A DNA stretch of 64,000 nucleotides from a virus, in the IMG/VR virus record IMGVR_UViG_3300006753_004675, positions 5,887 through 69,886 of that record; one strand, written 5' to 3'. Of this stretch, positions 50,607 through 60,088 are shown piece after piece. A program made the position numbers and the translations under genes. Every line of letters begins with the position of its first letter. Positions within the stretch are counted from its first letter, which is position 1. Below the pieces are notes generated by a model that saw only the letters and a list, made by a program, of their open reading frames with translations, did no database searches and had not been told where the DNA came from.

Positions 50607-52238
50607 ATGAATCGTTGTATAGTATTATTTTCTACATTATTTTTAATGTTGACATTTGGTTGCAGCGATTATACTGTTAGTAAAGTTATAGAGTATGCTC
50701 CAGAGATAGAAGTGAGTCCAGTAAATCACGACTTCGGAGCTTTAAATGCCGGTGTAGAGACAAGAAATGTAGAGATAGTTATCTCAAATATCGGTAATGA
50801 GAAATTGTCTATCTCTTCTGTCTCTTTAGGAGTGGGATCTTCTAATTTTTCATTGAGCACATTATTAGATGATAGCTTAGAACCTGCAGAGTCTACTAGC
50901 TTATTTGTCACATATGACCCTGTGACATACGAGACAAATAGCAATTCTGTCATAATTCAGTCTAATGATGAAGATGAGCCAGAAGTCGTAGTTGATTTAG
51001 ACGGATCGGGAGATGCGCCAGTTATTGATATCGATCCTATGTACCATGACTTTGGAACTGTTCTGATAGGGTGTGAAGAGCAGATCGATATCAAAATTAG
51101 CAATATAGGAAATGCTAATTTAGAAATTTCTGATATAGAGTACTTTGTATCTGTTCCTGTTGACTTTGATCTGTATGCAAATTATGATAGTGTGTACGGT
51201 GAACTGCCATGGACAATAGCTCCTTCTGACTCTACAATAGTGACTGTTTTTTATACTCCTCTAGATCTGCTAGATGATGCTGCTTATGTTGAAGTGACTT
51301 CAAGTGATCCCGTGAATGTAAATGTTCAATCAGATCAATTAGGGCTGGGAGATTATGAAGGGTGGGTGCTGGATAGCTTCACGCAGGATGGAGAGGTTTC
51401 AGTAGATATTCTATTTGTCGTCGATAACTCTGGGTCCATGTCATCTAACCAGACAAATTTAAAAAATAATTTTGATGATTTTATCGCCGTGTATGTGGGT
51501 GCTGGTGTAGATTATCATATCGCTTTAATAACTACAGATGACGCTAGTTTTGTTGGAAGCATCATAACACCCGCCGATTCAGACCCAGCTGGATCATTTA
51601 ATGATCAAGTTGATTTAATTGGGTATGGAGGAAATCCACATGAAAAAGGGCTGTGGTATTCTTATGTATCAACTGATTCTGGCGGTGATGCATCACCTGG
51701 TTCATCAATAGGATTCTTTAGAGAATCTGCAAAGCTAGTAATTGTTTATGTATCTGATGAGCCTGATTTCTCTCATTCAACTTCAGCAGGCGGTGGGTCT
51801 ACATCGATGGTTCCATCAGATTATTCATCACATCTTTTAGCGCTAAAGAGCTCGTCAGATCTTGTTGTCGCTCATGCAGTAGCTGGTGATCACCCTTCAG
51901 GATGCACAGGCAACGGCAGCGCACAATTTGGAGATGGATATTATGATGTAGTTTCAGATCTAGGAGGTACATTTATGTCAATTTGTGCATCTGACTGGAG
52001 CGTCACAATGGACACACTAGCTAGAGAATCCATGGCCATAATGACCTTTCCGCTTTCTAATAATCCAATTGAAGACACCATTCAGGTTGAAGTAGACGGA
52101 TCTCTATCAACGGACTGGTCCTACGATAGCTCAGCCAATTCTATTTCTTTTACAGTTGCTCCAGCGGATGGAAGCAATATTGACATCACATATGCTATAT
52201 GGGCAGACTGTGAAAAGGATACGGGAGATTCGGGATAG
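50607..52238 (+). CDS. Lipoprotein with two Ig-like (ASH/choice-of-anchor D) domains + vWA domain
   Basis: FGC lipobox; two HDFG..ISNIG..L.I repeats; DILFVVDNSGSM; SDEPD; ends DTGDSG. Confidence 0.75.
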   Translation: MNRCIVLFSTLFLMLTFGCSDYTVSKVIEYAPEIEVSPVNHDFGALNAGVETRNVEIVISNIGNEKLSISSVSLGVGSSNFSLSTLLDDSLEPAESTSLFVTYDPVTYETNSNSVIIQSNDEDEPEVVVDLDGSGDAPVIDIDPMYHDFGTVLIGCEEQIDIKISNIGNANLEISDIEYFVSVPVDFDLYANYDSVYGELPWTIAPSDSTIVTVFYTPLDLLDDAAYVEVTSSDPVNVNVQSDQLGLGDYEGWVLDSFTQDGEVSVDILFVVDNSGSMSSNQTNLKNNFDDFIAVYVGAGVDYHIALITTDDASFVGSIITPADSDPAGSFNDQVDLIGYGGNPHEKGLWYSYVSTDSGGDASPGSSIGFFRESAKLVIVYVSDEPDFSHSTSAGGGSTSMVPSDYSSHLLALKSSSDLVVAHAVAGDHPSGCTGNGSAQFGDGYYDVVSDLGGTFMSICASDWSVTMDTLARESMAIMTFPLSNNPIEDTIQVEVDGSLSTDWSYDSSANSISFTVAPADGSNIDITYAIWADCEKDTGDSG

Positions 52239-52399
52239 TGAAGGTTTTAAAAAACAAGACGTTCTGGTCAGTTCTTTCAGGAGTAAATGCTACATCCGCC
52301 TTGTTTTGTGCAGCTATGGGAAGCGCTGAGGGAGTTTTATTTAGCGGAATAGGATTCTTAAGCTCTACATATATTCTTCTCTTTGTTTGTGAAAAATAG
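52238..52399 (+). CDS. Small membrane protein (53 aa, not in ORF track)
   Basis: GTG overlapping the previous stop; MKVLKNKTFWSVLSG...LLFVCEK, two hydrophobic segments. Confidence 0.45.
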   Translation: MKVLKNKTFWSVLSGVNATSALFCAAMGSAEGVLFSGIGFLSSTYILLFVCEK

Positions 52400-52410
52400 A
52401 TCCTACTACG

Positions 52411-52438
52411 TGTAAATTAATGAATATTGTATTATACT
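52411..52438 (+). promoter_or_regulatory. TGTAAA-N16-TATACT putative promoter of tRNA-Leu
   Basis: Repeated motif upstream of the tRNA. Confidence 0.6.
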
Positions 52439-52455
52439 TTATTCATGATTAATAT

Positions 52456-52541
52456 GCCGGGTTGGTGGAATTGGTATACACAACAGACTTAAAATCTGTC
52501 ACCCTGTGGGTTTGCGGGTTCGAGTCCCGCACCCGGTACCA
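52456..52541 (+). tRNA. tRNA-Leu(UAA)
   Basis: GCCGGGT/ACCCGGT acceptor, ACAGA-CT TAA AA-TCTGT, long variable arm, GGTTCGAGTCC, CCA. Confidence 0.95.
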
Positions 52542-52565
52542 ATTGAACTTATATACTGGAAAAAA

Positions 52566-52847
52566 GTGAATAGAAAACAAAGAAGAGCTGCAGCAAAGAT
52601 GGCGCAAAAGGCGGGACATGATGACCTGTCTAAAAAGATAATGCTATTTAATGAAATTGGAGATGAGTGTACTTGCTGTGAATCTCCTTTCGATAAGACA
52701 GATGCAGAGATGCTCAATAGTTGGATGGTCATAGTTCGAGAAGAAAAGAATTTAGTTAATATATACTGTCCGGAATGCTGGGAAAGAGCAAGAGATGCAA
52801 TTGCTACCCTAAAAAAGGATGAAGAATCCGAAAGAGAAGAGGAGTAA
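52566..52847 (+). CDS. Hypothetical zinc-finger protein
   Basis: NRKQRR start (GTG 52566); CTCC..YCPECW. Confidence 0.6.
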   Translation: MNRKQRRAAAKMAQKAGHDDLSKKIMLFNEIGDECTCCESPFDKTDAEMLNSWMVIVREEKNLVNIYCPECWERARDAIATLKKDEESEREEE

Positions 52848-52853
52848 TTTGTC

Positions 52854-53141
52854 ATGGAAGGTTTTGCTTTTGGTGCTATTGATAATGGTATTGTGCTAAT
52901 TGGCATGTATATGGGTGTGGACATTGAAGGATGGCTTTCAAAAAGGCTTGGAAAAGATGCCAATCCTATTCTTGGCGCAGTTGTAGGAGCAACAGGCTTT
53001 AATTCAGTTTCAGATGGTGCAGCTGCAGCGCTTGATCCCTCTATGACTGGAATGACAACTGGAATAGTCCTGGGCTGTTTGTCTATAATGTTATTCATCC
53101 CCATCATAGAGAAGATTAAGAGAAAGCCAGGCGCTAAATGA
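52854..53141 (+). CDS. Small Gly-rich membrane protein
   Basis: 3 hydrophobic segments; AGGAG RBS. Confidence 0.6.
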   Translation: MEGFAFGAIDNGIVLIGMYMGVDIEGWLSKRLGKDANPILGAVVGATGFNSVSDGAAAALDPSMTGMTTGIVLGCLSIMLFIPIIEKIKRKPGAK

Positions 53142-53404
53142 AATTAGGAGATGAAGGGTCTTTAAGCTACAAATTCATAGTCAAAAAGGAAAGGCTCGGT
53201 AGGGTTTGTCCAGGATCTCCATTTTATTACAAGGGCAGGTTGTGGGTAAGCCTAAACAGAGCAGATGGTGGAGGAAAGCTCATTAGATCTCTTGAGGGTG
53301 GTGAGCATGAAATTCAGATACTTCCATCAACTACAATAGTTTTATATTTGCTTTCAGGAAAAAAAATAAAAAAAGCCCCTGTTCGCACACAATATGGTGA
53401 TTAA
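53138..53404 (+). CDS. Hypothetical protein
   Basis: ATGA overlap. Confidence 0.45.
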   Translation: MKLGDEGSLSYKFIVKKERLGRVCPGSPFYYKGRLWVSLNRADGGGKLIRSLEGGEHEIQILPSTTIVLYLLSGKKIKKAPVRTQYGD

Positions 53405-53438
53405 ATTATTTATGACACAAACATAGGAGTTTTAAAAG

Positions 53439-55307
53439 ATGTCAAAAGTTATAGGAATTGATTTAGGAACTACAAATTCTGCTGTTTCAGTTATGGAATC
53501 AGGAGGAGCAAAAGTTATTAATAATGAGGAGGGTGCAAGAACAACGCCTTCTGTTGTTGCATACACTAGGGAGGGAGACAGATTAGTTGGTGTTACAGCC
53601 AGACGACAAGCTATCACAAATCCTGAAGATACAGTGTATTCTGTCAAGAGGTTTATGGGAATGAAGATGAATGATGTAAAGAGTGAATCTGAAAAAGTTC
53701 CATATAAGGTCGTTACAAGCAAGGGTGGGATGTGCAAAATATCTGTAGGGGGAAAGAAACTTTCACCTCAAGAGATTAGTGCACAAATTCTTATCAAGCT
53801 TAAAAGAGATGCTGAAAGATATCTGGGACATGAAGTTAGTGATGCAGTCATCACTGTTCCTGCATACTTTAATGACGCACAGCGACAGGCAACAAAGGAT
53901 GCCGGCAAGATTGCTGGGCTAGAAGTCAAACGGATTATCAATGAGCCAACAGCAGCAGCACTAGCGTATGGTCTAGATAAGACTGATGAGCAGAAGGTTG
54001 CTGTGTATGACCTTGGCGGAGGAACATTCGATATATCAATTCTCGATATATCTGATGGTGTTGTAGAGGTTATGAGCACTAATGGAGATACTCATCTCGG
54101 TGGTGATGATGTTGATCAAATAATCATGGATTGGATGCTATCTGAGTTTAAGAGCAACACTGGAATAGATGTGGGATCTGATACCATGGTTCTTCAAAGA
54201 GTGAAGGATGCTGCTGAAAAGGCAAAGATCGAGCTATCAAGCACACAGAAGACAGATGTTAATCTTCCATTTCTCACAGCAGACTCATCTGGACCAAAGC
54301 ATTTAGCTCTCACACTTACTCGTGCGAAGTTTGAGCAGATGATCGAGTCTTTTGTAAAGAGCACACTGACACCGGTGAAGAACGCTCTAAAGGACGCTGG
54401 ACTTAAGCCTTCAGATATCGATGATGTAATTCTTGTTGGTGGTTCTACTAGAACACCCTCAGTGAGAGATGCAGTCGAGAAATACTTTGGAAAGAGTGCA
54501 AATTCATCTGTCAACCCAGATGAAGTCGTCGCGATGGGAGCAGCTGTTCAAGGTGGAGTCTTTTCAGGAGATGTGAATGATATCTTGCTCTTAGATGTCA
54601 CTCCGCTTTCTTTGGGAATCGAGACGCTGGGCGGCGTATGTACGAGGCTTATTAATAGAAATACTACCATCCCGTGCTCAAAGAGCGAGGTATTTTCTAC
54701 AGCAGCGGATAATCAGCTTGCAGTTGACATACACGTGCTTCAGGGTGAAAGAGAGTTTGCATCTGACAATCGGACTCTGGGACAGTTTCAGTTAACTGAA
54801 ATTCCCCCAGCACCAAGAGGTATGCCTCAAGTAGAAGTCACATTTGATATTGATGCTAACGGAATTGTCAGTGTTTCTGCAAAGGATAAGGCTACCGGAA
54901 AGGAGCAATCTATTACAATCACTGCCGGCGAGACATTGACAGATGAAGAAGTTAGCGAGATGGTGGAAAATGCTAAATCTCACGAAGAGGAAGATAGACT
55001 TCGAAGAAAGATGATAGAGTCTAAAAACAAGCTAGATTCTATGGTATATCAGTCCAAAAAGATTGTAAGTGAGCATGGCGAAAATCTCTCAGATGAGACA
55101 AAGACTGAGCTTAATAGCAAGTTAGAAGATGCAACAAGCGCGCTTTTATCTGATGATATCACGTCTATTGATAGCGCATACTCATCTCTTGAGTCAGTAC
55201 TTCATGCAGCTGGAGCAGAGATGTATAGCACATCTCAAGAGCCTTCTCAGACAGCTGATGAGAATGACGATATCATCGATGCCGAATATCAAGAGGCATC
55301 TCCTTGA
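53439..55307 (+). CDS. dnaK: Chaperone DnaK (Hsp70)
   Basis: [50 protein letters not shown]. Confidence 0.97.
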   Translation: MSKVIGIDLGTTNSAVSVMESGGAKVINNEEGARTTPSVVAYTREGDRLVGVTARRQAITNPEDTVYSVKRFMGMKMNDVKSESEKVPYKVVTSKGGMCKISVGGKKLSPQEISAQILIKLKRDAERYLGHEVSDAVITVPAYFNDAQRQATKDAGKIAGLEVKRIINEPTAAALAYGLDKTDEQKVAVYDLGGGTFDISILDISDGVVEVMSTNGDTHLGGDDVDQIIMDWMLSEFKSNTGIDVGSDTMVLQRVKDAAEKAKIELSSTQKTDVNLPFLTADSSGPKHLALTLTRAKFEQMIESFVKSTLTPVKNALKDAGLKPSDIDDVILVGGSTRTPSVRDAVEKYFGKSANSSVNPDEVVAMGAAVQGGVFSGDVNDILLLDVTPLSLGIETLGGVCTRLINRNTTIPCSKSEVFSTAADNQLAVDIHVLQGEREFASDNRTLGQFQLTEIPPAPRGMPQVEVTFDIDANGIVSVSAKDKATGKEQSITITAGETLTDEEVSEMVENAKSHEEEDRLRRKMIESKNKLDSMVYQSKKIVSEHGENLSDETKTELNSKLEDATSALLSDDITSIDSAYSSLESVLHAAGAEMYSTSQEPSQTADENDDIIDAEYQEASP

Positions 55308-55825
55308 GAATTAGGGAGAGAAGCAGGAGAGAGAGATATGATGCCAAAAAGCCTAGCTCTAAGAATTATCCTATCAGTCTTTGCTGTGTTAATTTCCAGT
55401 GCGATGGTAACCTTGGTTATCTTATCCGGAGTGCCGCTTGCTTTGGTGCAAGCGGCATTCATGTAATTGGATCAGTTCCGGAGAGATCTCAGTTAAACTC
55501 TTTATCAGGAAGCTTATTTGATTATGTTCAGATTAAACAATATACATCACCAGATAAGTTTATTGATTACGCAAAAAATACAGGAACTAAACTCATATCT
55601 GCGGAAGTTTGTGAAAATTCAGAATCCCTTACTTCTTATGTTTTCGATTTTTCTAGCCCTGTGTGTCTGGTTGTGGGTCAAGAGGAATGTGGTGTCCCAA
55701 TAGGAATTCTTATGAATGGTGATATTATACATATTCCTATGCCTGGTGTTGGATATTGTTTAAACACATCACAGGCTGCGAATATAATCCTATATGAAGC
55801 TGTGAGGCAATATGAGCAACGATGA
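55304..55825 (+). CDS. SpoU/TrmH-family RNA 2'-O-methyltransferase
   Basis: [20 protein letters not shown]...CLN.S.A..I.LYE. Confidence 0.85.
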   Translation: MRIRERSRRERYDAKKPSSKNYPISLCCVNFQCDGNLGYLIRSAACFGASGIHVIGSVPERSQLNSLSGSLFDYVQIKQYTSPDKFIDYAKNTGTKLISAEVCENSESLTSYVFDFSSPVCLVVGQEECGVPIGILMNGDIIHIPMPGVGYCLNTSQAANIILYEAVRQYEQR

Positions 55826-56084
55826 AAAATATAAAGAAAATAAACTATCAAAAGATGAAGTTATTGATCTACTAAGTGTAAAGCTGTTTGATATTACAAA
55901 TGATCCTTTTGAAACAAGGATGAGAAAGGATTCTGATGGATCGATACTCAGAATATACGTCGAGGGAGATAGCTCCAAGACAGTGAGAAAAAAAATTCCA
56001 CCCAGATTTCATGGATTTACAACTATCATCTACAATGTTCCAGATGGGTTTATACATGAAAAATTTTATCGCGGGCGGGAGTAA
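55812..56084 (+). CDS. Hypothetical protein (stop codon lies inside tRNA-Gly)
   Basis: Coupled ORF. Confidence 0.5.
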   Translation: MSNDEKYKENKLSKDEVIDLLSVKLFDITNDPFETRMRKDSDGSILRIYVEGDSSKTVRKKIPPRFHGFTTIIYNVPDGFIHEKFYRGRE

Positions 56085-56150
56085 CTCAGCTGGTAGAGTC
56101 ACAGCCTTCCAAGCTGTTGGTCGCGGGTTCGAGTCCCGTCTCCCGCTCCA
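56075..56150 (+). tRNA. tRNA-Gly(UCC)
   Basis: GCGGGAG/CTCCCGC acceptor, ACAGC-CT TCC AA-GCTGT, GGTTCGAGTCC, U73-CCA. Confidence 0.95.
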
Positions 56151-56200
56151 CTTATTTGTCTTATTCTAGAATATTTAATTATGTAACAGGGGAAATAGTC

Positions 56201-56674
56201 ATGAATAAGAAGGGCTGGATAACAGGTTCAGGAAGAGAGATAATATTTAAAGACATTCTCATAGAAATTGAGAGGTATGTGTCACACGGTGGAAAGATAT
56301 TTATAGGATCAGATAGCCAGCTTTGTGATAATACATGTATATTTGCAACAGCTATCTGTCTACATGGAGCAAAAGGATCTCGCGGCGGAAAATACTTCTT
56401 TAAGAGATTTAAGGACACAGGGCCGCAATATTCAAACCTAAGATTAAGAATAATGAGTGAGGTCACACACTCTCTAGAGGTTGCTCTTGACATGATGGAG
56501 AGGTTTCCTGATGCGGAAATAGAGGTTCACGTGGATATAGGAAGAGGCCCAAAATCTAAGACAAGTGTTTATGTGGATCAGATACAAGGGTGGGCCACAT
56601 CCACTGGGCTATCATGTAAGGTTAAGCCTAATGCGTGGGCGTCTGCATCAGTTGCTGATAAGCATACAAAATGA
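56201..56674 (+). CDS. RNase H-like YkuK (DUF458) protein
   Basis: IGSDSQ, RIM.EV..S, EVHVDI, KP..WA.SVAD. Confidence 0.8.
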   Translation: MNKKGWITGSGREIIFKDILIEIERYVSHGGKIFIGSDSQLCDNTCIFATAICLHGAKGSRGGKYFFKRFKDTGPQYSNLRLRIMSEVTHSLEVALDMMERFPDAEIEVHVDIGRGPKSKTSVYVDQIQGWATSTGLSCKVKPNAWASASVADKHTK

Positions 56675-56713
56675 TCGCAAGCGTAATAGTTATACATGAA
56701 TGGAGATCCACCA

Positions 56714-57793
56714 ATGAGAATTAAAGAAAGTCAGCTACGATTATTAATAAGAAGAGAGCTTATTAGAGAGTCTAATAGGCGGAGGCGGGCCCTAAGAGAG
56801 CAGGCTGATGCCGCAGAAGAGTTTGAGGTTGCCGCCCGAGACATGGATGATGACTTTAATTTTGATGAAGAGGAGGCGGCAATAAGAGCATCAGACCCCG
56901 GTGAGCTGGTGCTGGCTGACAACATAAAGGATTACGTTCAGGTACAGTTTGGGAATGCTAGAGACGGAACTCCAGAGGAAAGGCAGGACGCAGATAGAAT
57001 TCTTTCAACAGTTGCTGTGGTCCACATTAATAACATAGCTAAGTATCGCAGCAGAGATCAGGGAATAATCAGAACCTGGAAAGAGACGATTGAAGACACG
57101 AGGGGTGGTGGATACCCAGTGTCTCTGGCAGCCCTAGCTGCTCCATCGACACCTGAGCAGCGACAACAGCTAGCTAGAGGAGAATCTGTCTATGAGTATC
57201 CACACGACAGGAAGTGGGAGTACACGGTCAAGGATGAAATGTGGCATACTAGAAAGAAGGGAACTGATGGAAGGTGGATCTCTCTATCAGCTACAAAATT
57301 TGCAAAATCTCGAGGAAATCTAGATAAGGAATTTCCAGACGCAAGAGAGGCAGATGAATCTGGAGAGGCCGGTCTGGTGCGATCCGCGGCTTCTCAAGAG
57401 GCTTCCAGGCTCGCCGCTCTCGCACTCGCCAAATCTGAGGAATCCAGCGACGACGAGGCACAGATCGACGACGAGGAAGCCGCCGCGGAAGGTCAATCGG
57501 AATACGAGGTGGGGGATGTGGTGGCCACCTTCCTCTACGGTGATAGGAGGGACTGGGAGAAAATAGAGGACACAACGGGCAAGGGCAAGGGTAGAGCGGG
57601 ATGGACACACGACGCCGAAATAGTCGGCAATGAGGGGACACCATTTTCAAGAGTCACTATATGGGATGATGATACTGTGGAATTTATGGATGAAGATGGA
57701 AGAACCGAGGTATCAACAACCTCAGGATCGGAAGACACACTATTGCCAACATACAGCGAGATTGAGACAGGGGCGACTTCGACCTGGCGATGA
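56714..57793 (+). CDS. Acidic hypothetical protein with leader; GC-rich internal segment
   Basis: MRIKESQLRLLIRRELIRE leader. Confidence 0.65.
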   Translation: MRIKESQLRLLIRRELIRESNRRRRALREQADAAEEFEVAARDMDDDFNFDEEEAAIRASDPGELVLADNIKDYVQVQFGNARDGTPEERQDADRILSTVAVVHINNIAKYRSRDQGIIRTWKETIEDTRGGGYPVSLAALAAPSTPEQRQQLARGESVYEYPHDRKWEYTVKDEMWHTRKKGTDGRWISLSATKFAKSRGNLDKEFPDAREADESGEAGLVRSAASQEASRLAALALAKSEESSDDEAQIDDEEAAAEGQSEYEVGDVVATFLYGDRRDWEKIEDTTGKGKGRAGWTHDAEIVGNEGTPFSRVTIWDDDTVEFMDEDGRTEVSTTSGSEDTLLPTYSEIETGATSTWR

Positions 57794-57821
57794 TCTACCC
57801 CTTCCTAGGGAAGGATACGGG

Positions 57822-58037
57822 CTAAACAGTGCTGAGAAGATAGAACATGAGAAAAGATATCACCATTCCCAGACAGAATGATGACAGTATGTAGAGACTC
57901 ATCTTTGATTTTTGGCTTCTAGTCTTCATGATGTCTACTTCTAGTCGGTGCCTGTCCATTCTAATTTCATGCTCAAGCCTAGCGAGCTCTCTTTGTTTTT
58001 CTATTATGAATGTAGGAAATTGTACTAAATTGTCCAT
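57822..58037 (-). CDS. Small protein with C-terminal TM
   Basis: Fills the gap; coiled coil + hydrophobic tail. Confidence 0.45.
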   Translation of the reverse strand: MDNLVQFPTFIIEKQRELARLEHEIRMDRHRLEVDIMKTRSQKSKMSLYILSSFCLGMVISFLMFYLLSTV

Positions 58038-58079
58038 AATGACATAATTAATTATATACATCAATGAGACACAGTATAA

Positions 58080-58823
58080 ATGGCTTTAAATAAAAATATA
58101 GATAAGATTAGTATAAGGTCTATTATTCAAGACTTTATCTATGAGAATGTTAGAGACGAACCGTCTAAGCTTCGAGTCCTTGACTTTGATGACACACTGG
58201 CTGAGACTGAGGAACAGGTCAGGGTTACGACGGATTACGGAGCTGGATCAAAGATGATAAGCTCGCAGGAATTTGCCATCTATGATCTTCAGCCAGGTGA
58301 GTCAATTGATCCAGACATCGCATTTGAGGAGTTCAGTACGGTCGATGTTGAAAAAGCAGCACCTATGCCATTTATCTCAGACCTCTTTAAGCGATTTGTT
58401 GATGCTCAGGGAAGTAGGAAGATTCTAATCTTAACTGCAAGAGATCAGGGAGTTGAACCGTTTGTCATGAACTTTCTTGAAAGGCGGCTTGGAATAATCG
58501 ATCCCGCTAGTAAGGTTGATTTTAGGGGAGTTGGTGATAAGGATCCTATGCGAAAGGTTGATGTGATAGATGAGTATCTTGAATCTCATCCTTCAATAAA
58601 CTTTGTGTCATTTTATGATGACTCAGGAAAGAATGTCAAGGCCGTGTCAGAATATCTTTCATCCAGAGGATTGAGAAGTGATGTAAGACAGGTTGTAAAG
58701 GATGAAGAGGGGAATGTTAGTCTCGTATCTCCGGAGGATGGAGATCTTGAGGTAGATATCAATGAGAGAATTGATGAGAGAGCTGTGACTCGAGAGTTTT
58801 TAAGAGGTTTAATTTGTGAATAA
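58080..58823 (+). CDS. HAD-superfamily phosphatase (polynucleotide 3'-phosphatase-like) with terminal motifs
   Basis: LDFDDTL, ILTAR, K, FYDDS..N; ISIRSIIQDFIYE and TREFLRGLICE. Confidence 0.7.
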   Translation: MALNKNIDKISIRSIIQDFIYENVRDEPSKLRVLDFDDTLAETEEQVRVTTDYGAGSKMISSQEFAIYDLQPGESIDPDIAFEEFSTVDVEKAAPMPFISDLFKRFVDAQGSRKILILTARDQGVEPFVMNFLERRLGIIDPASKVDFRGVGDKDPMRKVDVIDEYLESHPSINFVSFYDDSGKNVKAVSEYLSSRGLRSDVRQVVKDEEGNVSLVSPEDGDLEVDINERIDERAVTREFLRGLICE

Positions 58824-58836
58824 TAAAGGTGTTAAC

Positions 58837-59541
58837 ATGCAGACTATAAAAAAAATAATGATTCTTTTTATGATGATAGTTTTATCACCTCATGCACGAG
58901 CGACACCGGAAATAAACACATTAGAGTTTGTTGTTGAAAGATCGTCTCTCTCTAACCTGGAGTCTGACGTTAGAGACTCTGCTGTCTTGGTTAGATCGCC
59001 TGATAGAAAATCTTATGGATCAGGAACATATACAATAATTTCAAGAAAGAAGGTCGTTATAACAGCACTTCACGTGGTAGATGATAATAACTTCATGATA
59101 GTAGAGGGAAGAGTTGGAGAGAACGTTCTTGGAAGAGTTATCTATAGAAGTGTTGAAAACGATCTAGCTATTCTCAGCGTTTCAAACATAAGGTCTAGAA
59201 GACCCGTTAGGTTTAGACCCACACGAAAAAGCATCGATGATCTTATTGGAGAAAATATCACATACACTGGGTTTCCAAATGAGCATGATCTATTAACTGT
59301 GAGAGGATCAGTTGCTGGTCTTGAAAGAGGAAGGCTTATTCTTCAGTCATACACATGGATGGGAGCTTCCGGTGCCGGCGTATTTGATCAATTTGGAAAC
59401 TATCTGGGTGTGCTTGTTGCAGTTGATATAGGCACATTTAGAGAAAGACCCCAGGTAATTGAAAATATAGTCTGGGTGATGCCTGCATCAGGATTTAACT
59501 TGAGTGGCATGAGAGAGGCTGTCAAGATACACGGGCAGTAG
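58837..59541 (+). CDS. Secreted trypsin-like serine protease
   Basis: Signal peptide; GSG, TALHV, NDLA, G.P, GASGAG. Confidence 0.8.
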   Translation: MQTIKKIMILFMMIVLSPHARATPEINTLEFVVERSSLSNLESDVRDSAVLVRSPDRKSYGSGTYTIISRKKVVITALHVVDDNNFMIVEGRVGENVLGRVIYRSVENDLAILSVSNIRSRRPVRFRPTRKSIDDLIGENITYTGFPNEHDLLTVRGSVAGLERGRLILQSYTWMGASGAGVFDQFGNYLGVLVAVDIGTFRERPQVIENIVWVMPASGFNLSGMREAVKIHGQ

Positions 59542-59543
59542 AT

Positions 59544-59571
59544 TGTAAATATTCTAGTTTTTGTGTAATAT
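59544..59571 (+). promoter_or_regulatory. TGTAAA-N16-TAATAT putative promoter
   Basis: Repeated intergenic motif with extended TG. Confidence 0.5.
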
Positions 59572-59625
59572 TTCTATATTAAATATTCAATCATTCCACT
59601 GGTTAAATACACATGTCTGTTAAAA

Positions 59626-60048
59626 ATGACAACTAAGAGTGATAAACCTCGTTCTAGAAAATTAAAGCCTGGAAGGGTTTATGAAGTTAAAAGCTTTGCC
59701 GGTGTAAACGTTCATATGAAGGTACTCAAGCTTGACAACGAGAAGCTTGGAATCTACATGGGCACGCTTGTAAGAAAAATAGACCTAGACAGCTTGATAA
59801 AGGCGGGTGTGCCATACTCTAAGGATGACAATCCAGAGGACTGTAAGTCAGTGATATATGACTGGCAGGTGGTAAAGGAGATAAGATCGGGTGAGAAAAG
59901 ATCAGGTAAGAATAGTAGAAATAAGAGAGGCAAAGGAAGGAATGGCAGAGATAGAGGTAAAGATATCACCCAAGTTCAGACGGTGGTTTATAAAAAAAGA
60001 AGGCCTAAAAAGGTGGAGCCAGAAAAGATTTCAAAAAAGATTTCTTGA
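59626..60048 (+). CDS. Basic hypothetical protein
   Basis: ORF downstream of promoter motif. Confidence 0.5.
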   Translation: MTTKSDKPRSRKLKPGRVYEVKSFAGVNVHMKVLKLDNEKLGIYMGTLVRKIDLDSLIKAGVPYSKDDNPEDCKSVIYDWQVVKEIRSGEKRSGKNSRNKRGKGRNGRDRGKDITQVQTVVYKKRRPKKVEPEKISKKIS

Positions 60049-60088
60049 GGAGATATCTAGGCGAAATAGATCAAGGAGAGATAGGTGA
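59942..60088 (+). CDS. Small Arg/Lys-rich protein (overlaps upstream ORF)
   Basis: AAGGA RBS + ATG; GTGA overlap with the helicase. Confidence 0.35.
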   Translation: MAEIEVKISPKFRRWFIKKEGLKRWSQKRFQKRFLEEISRRNRSRRDR

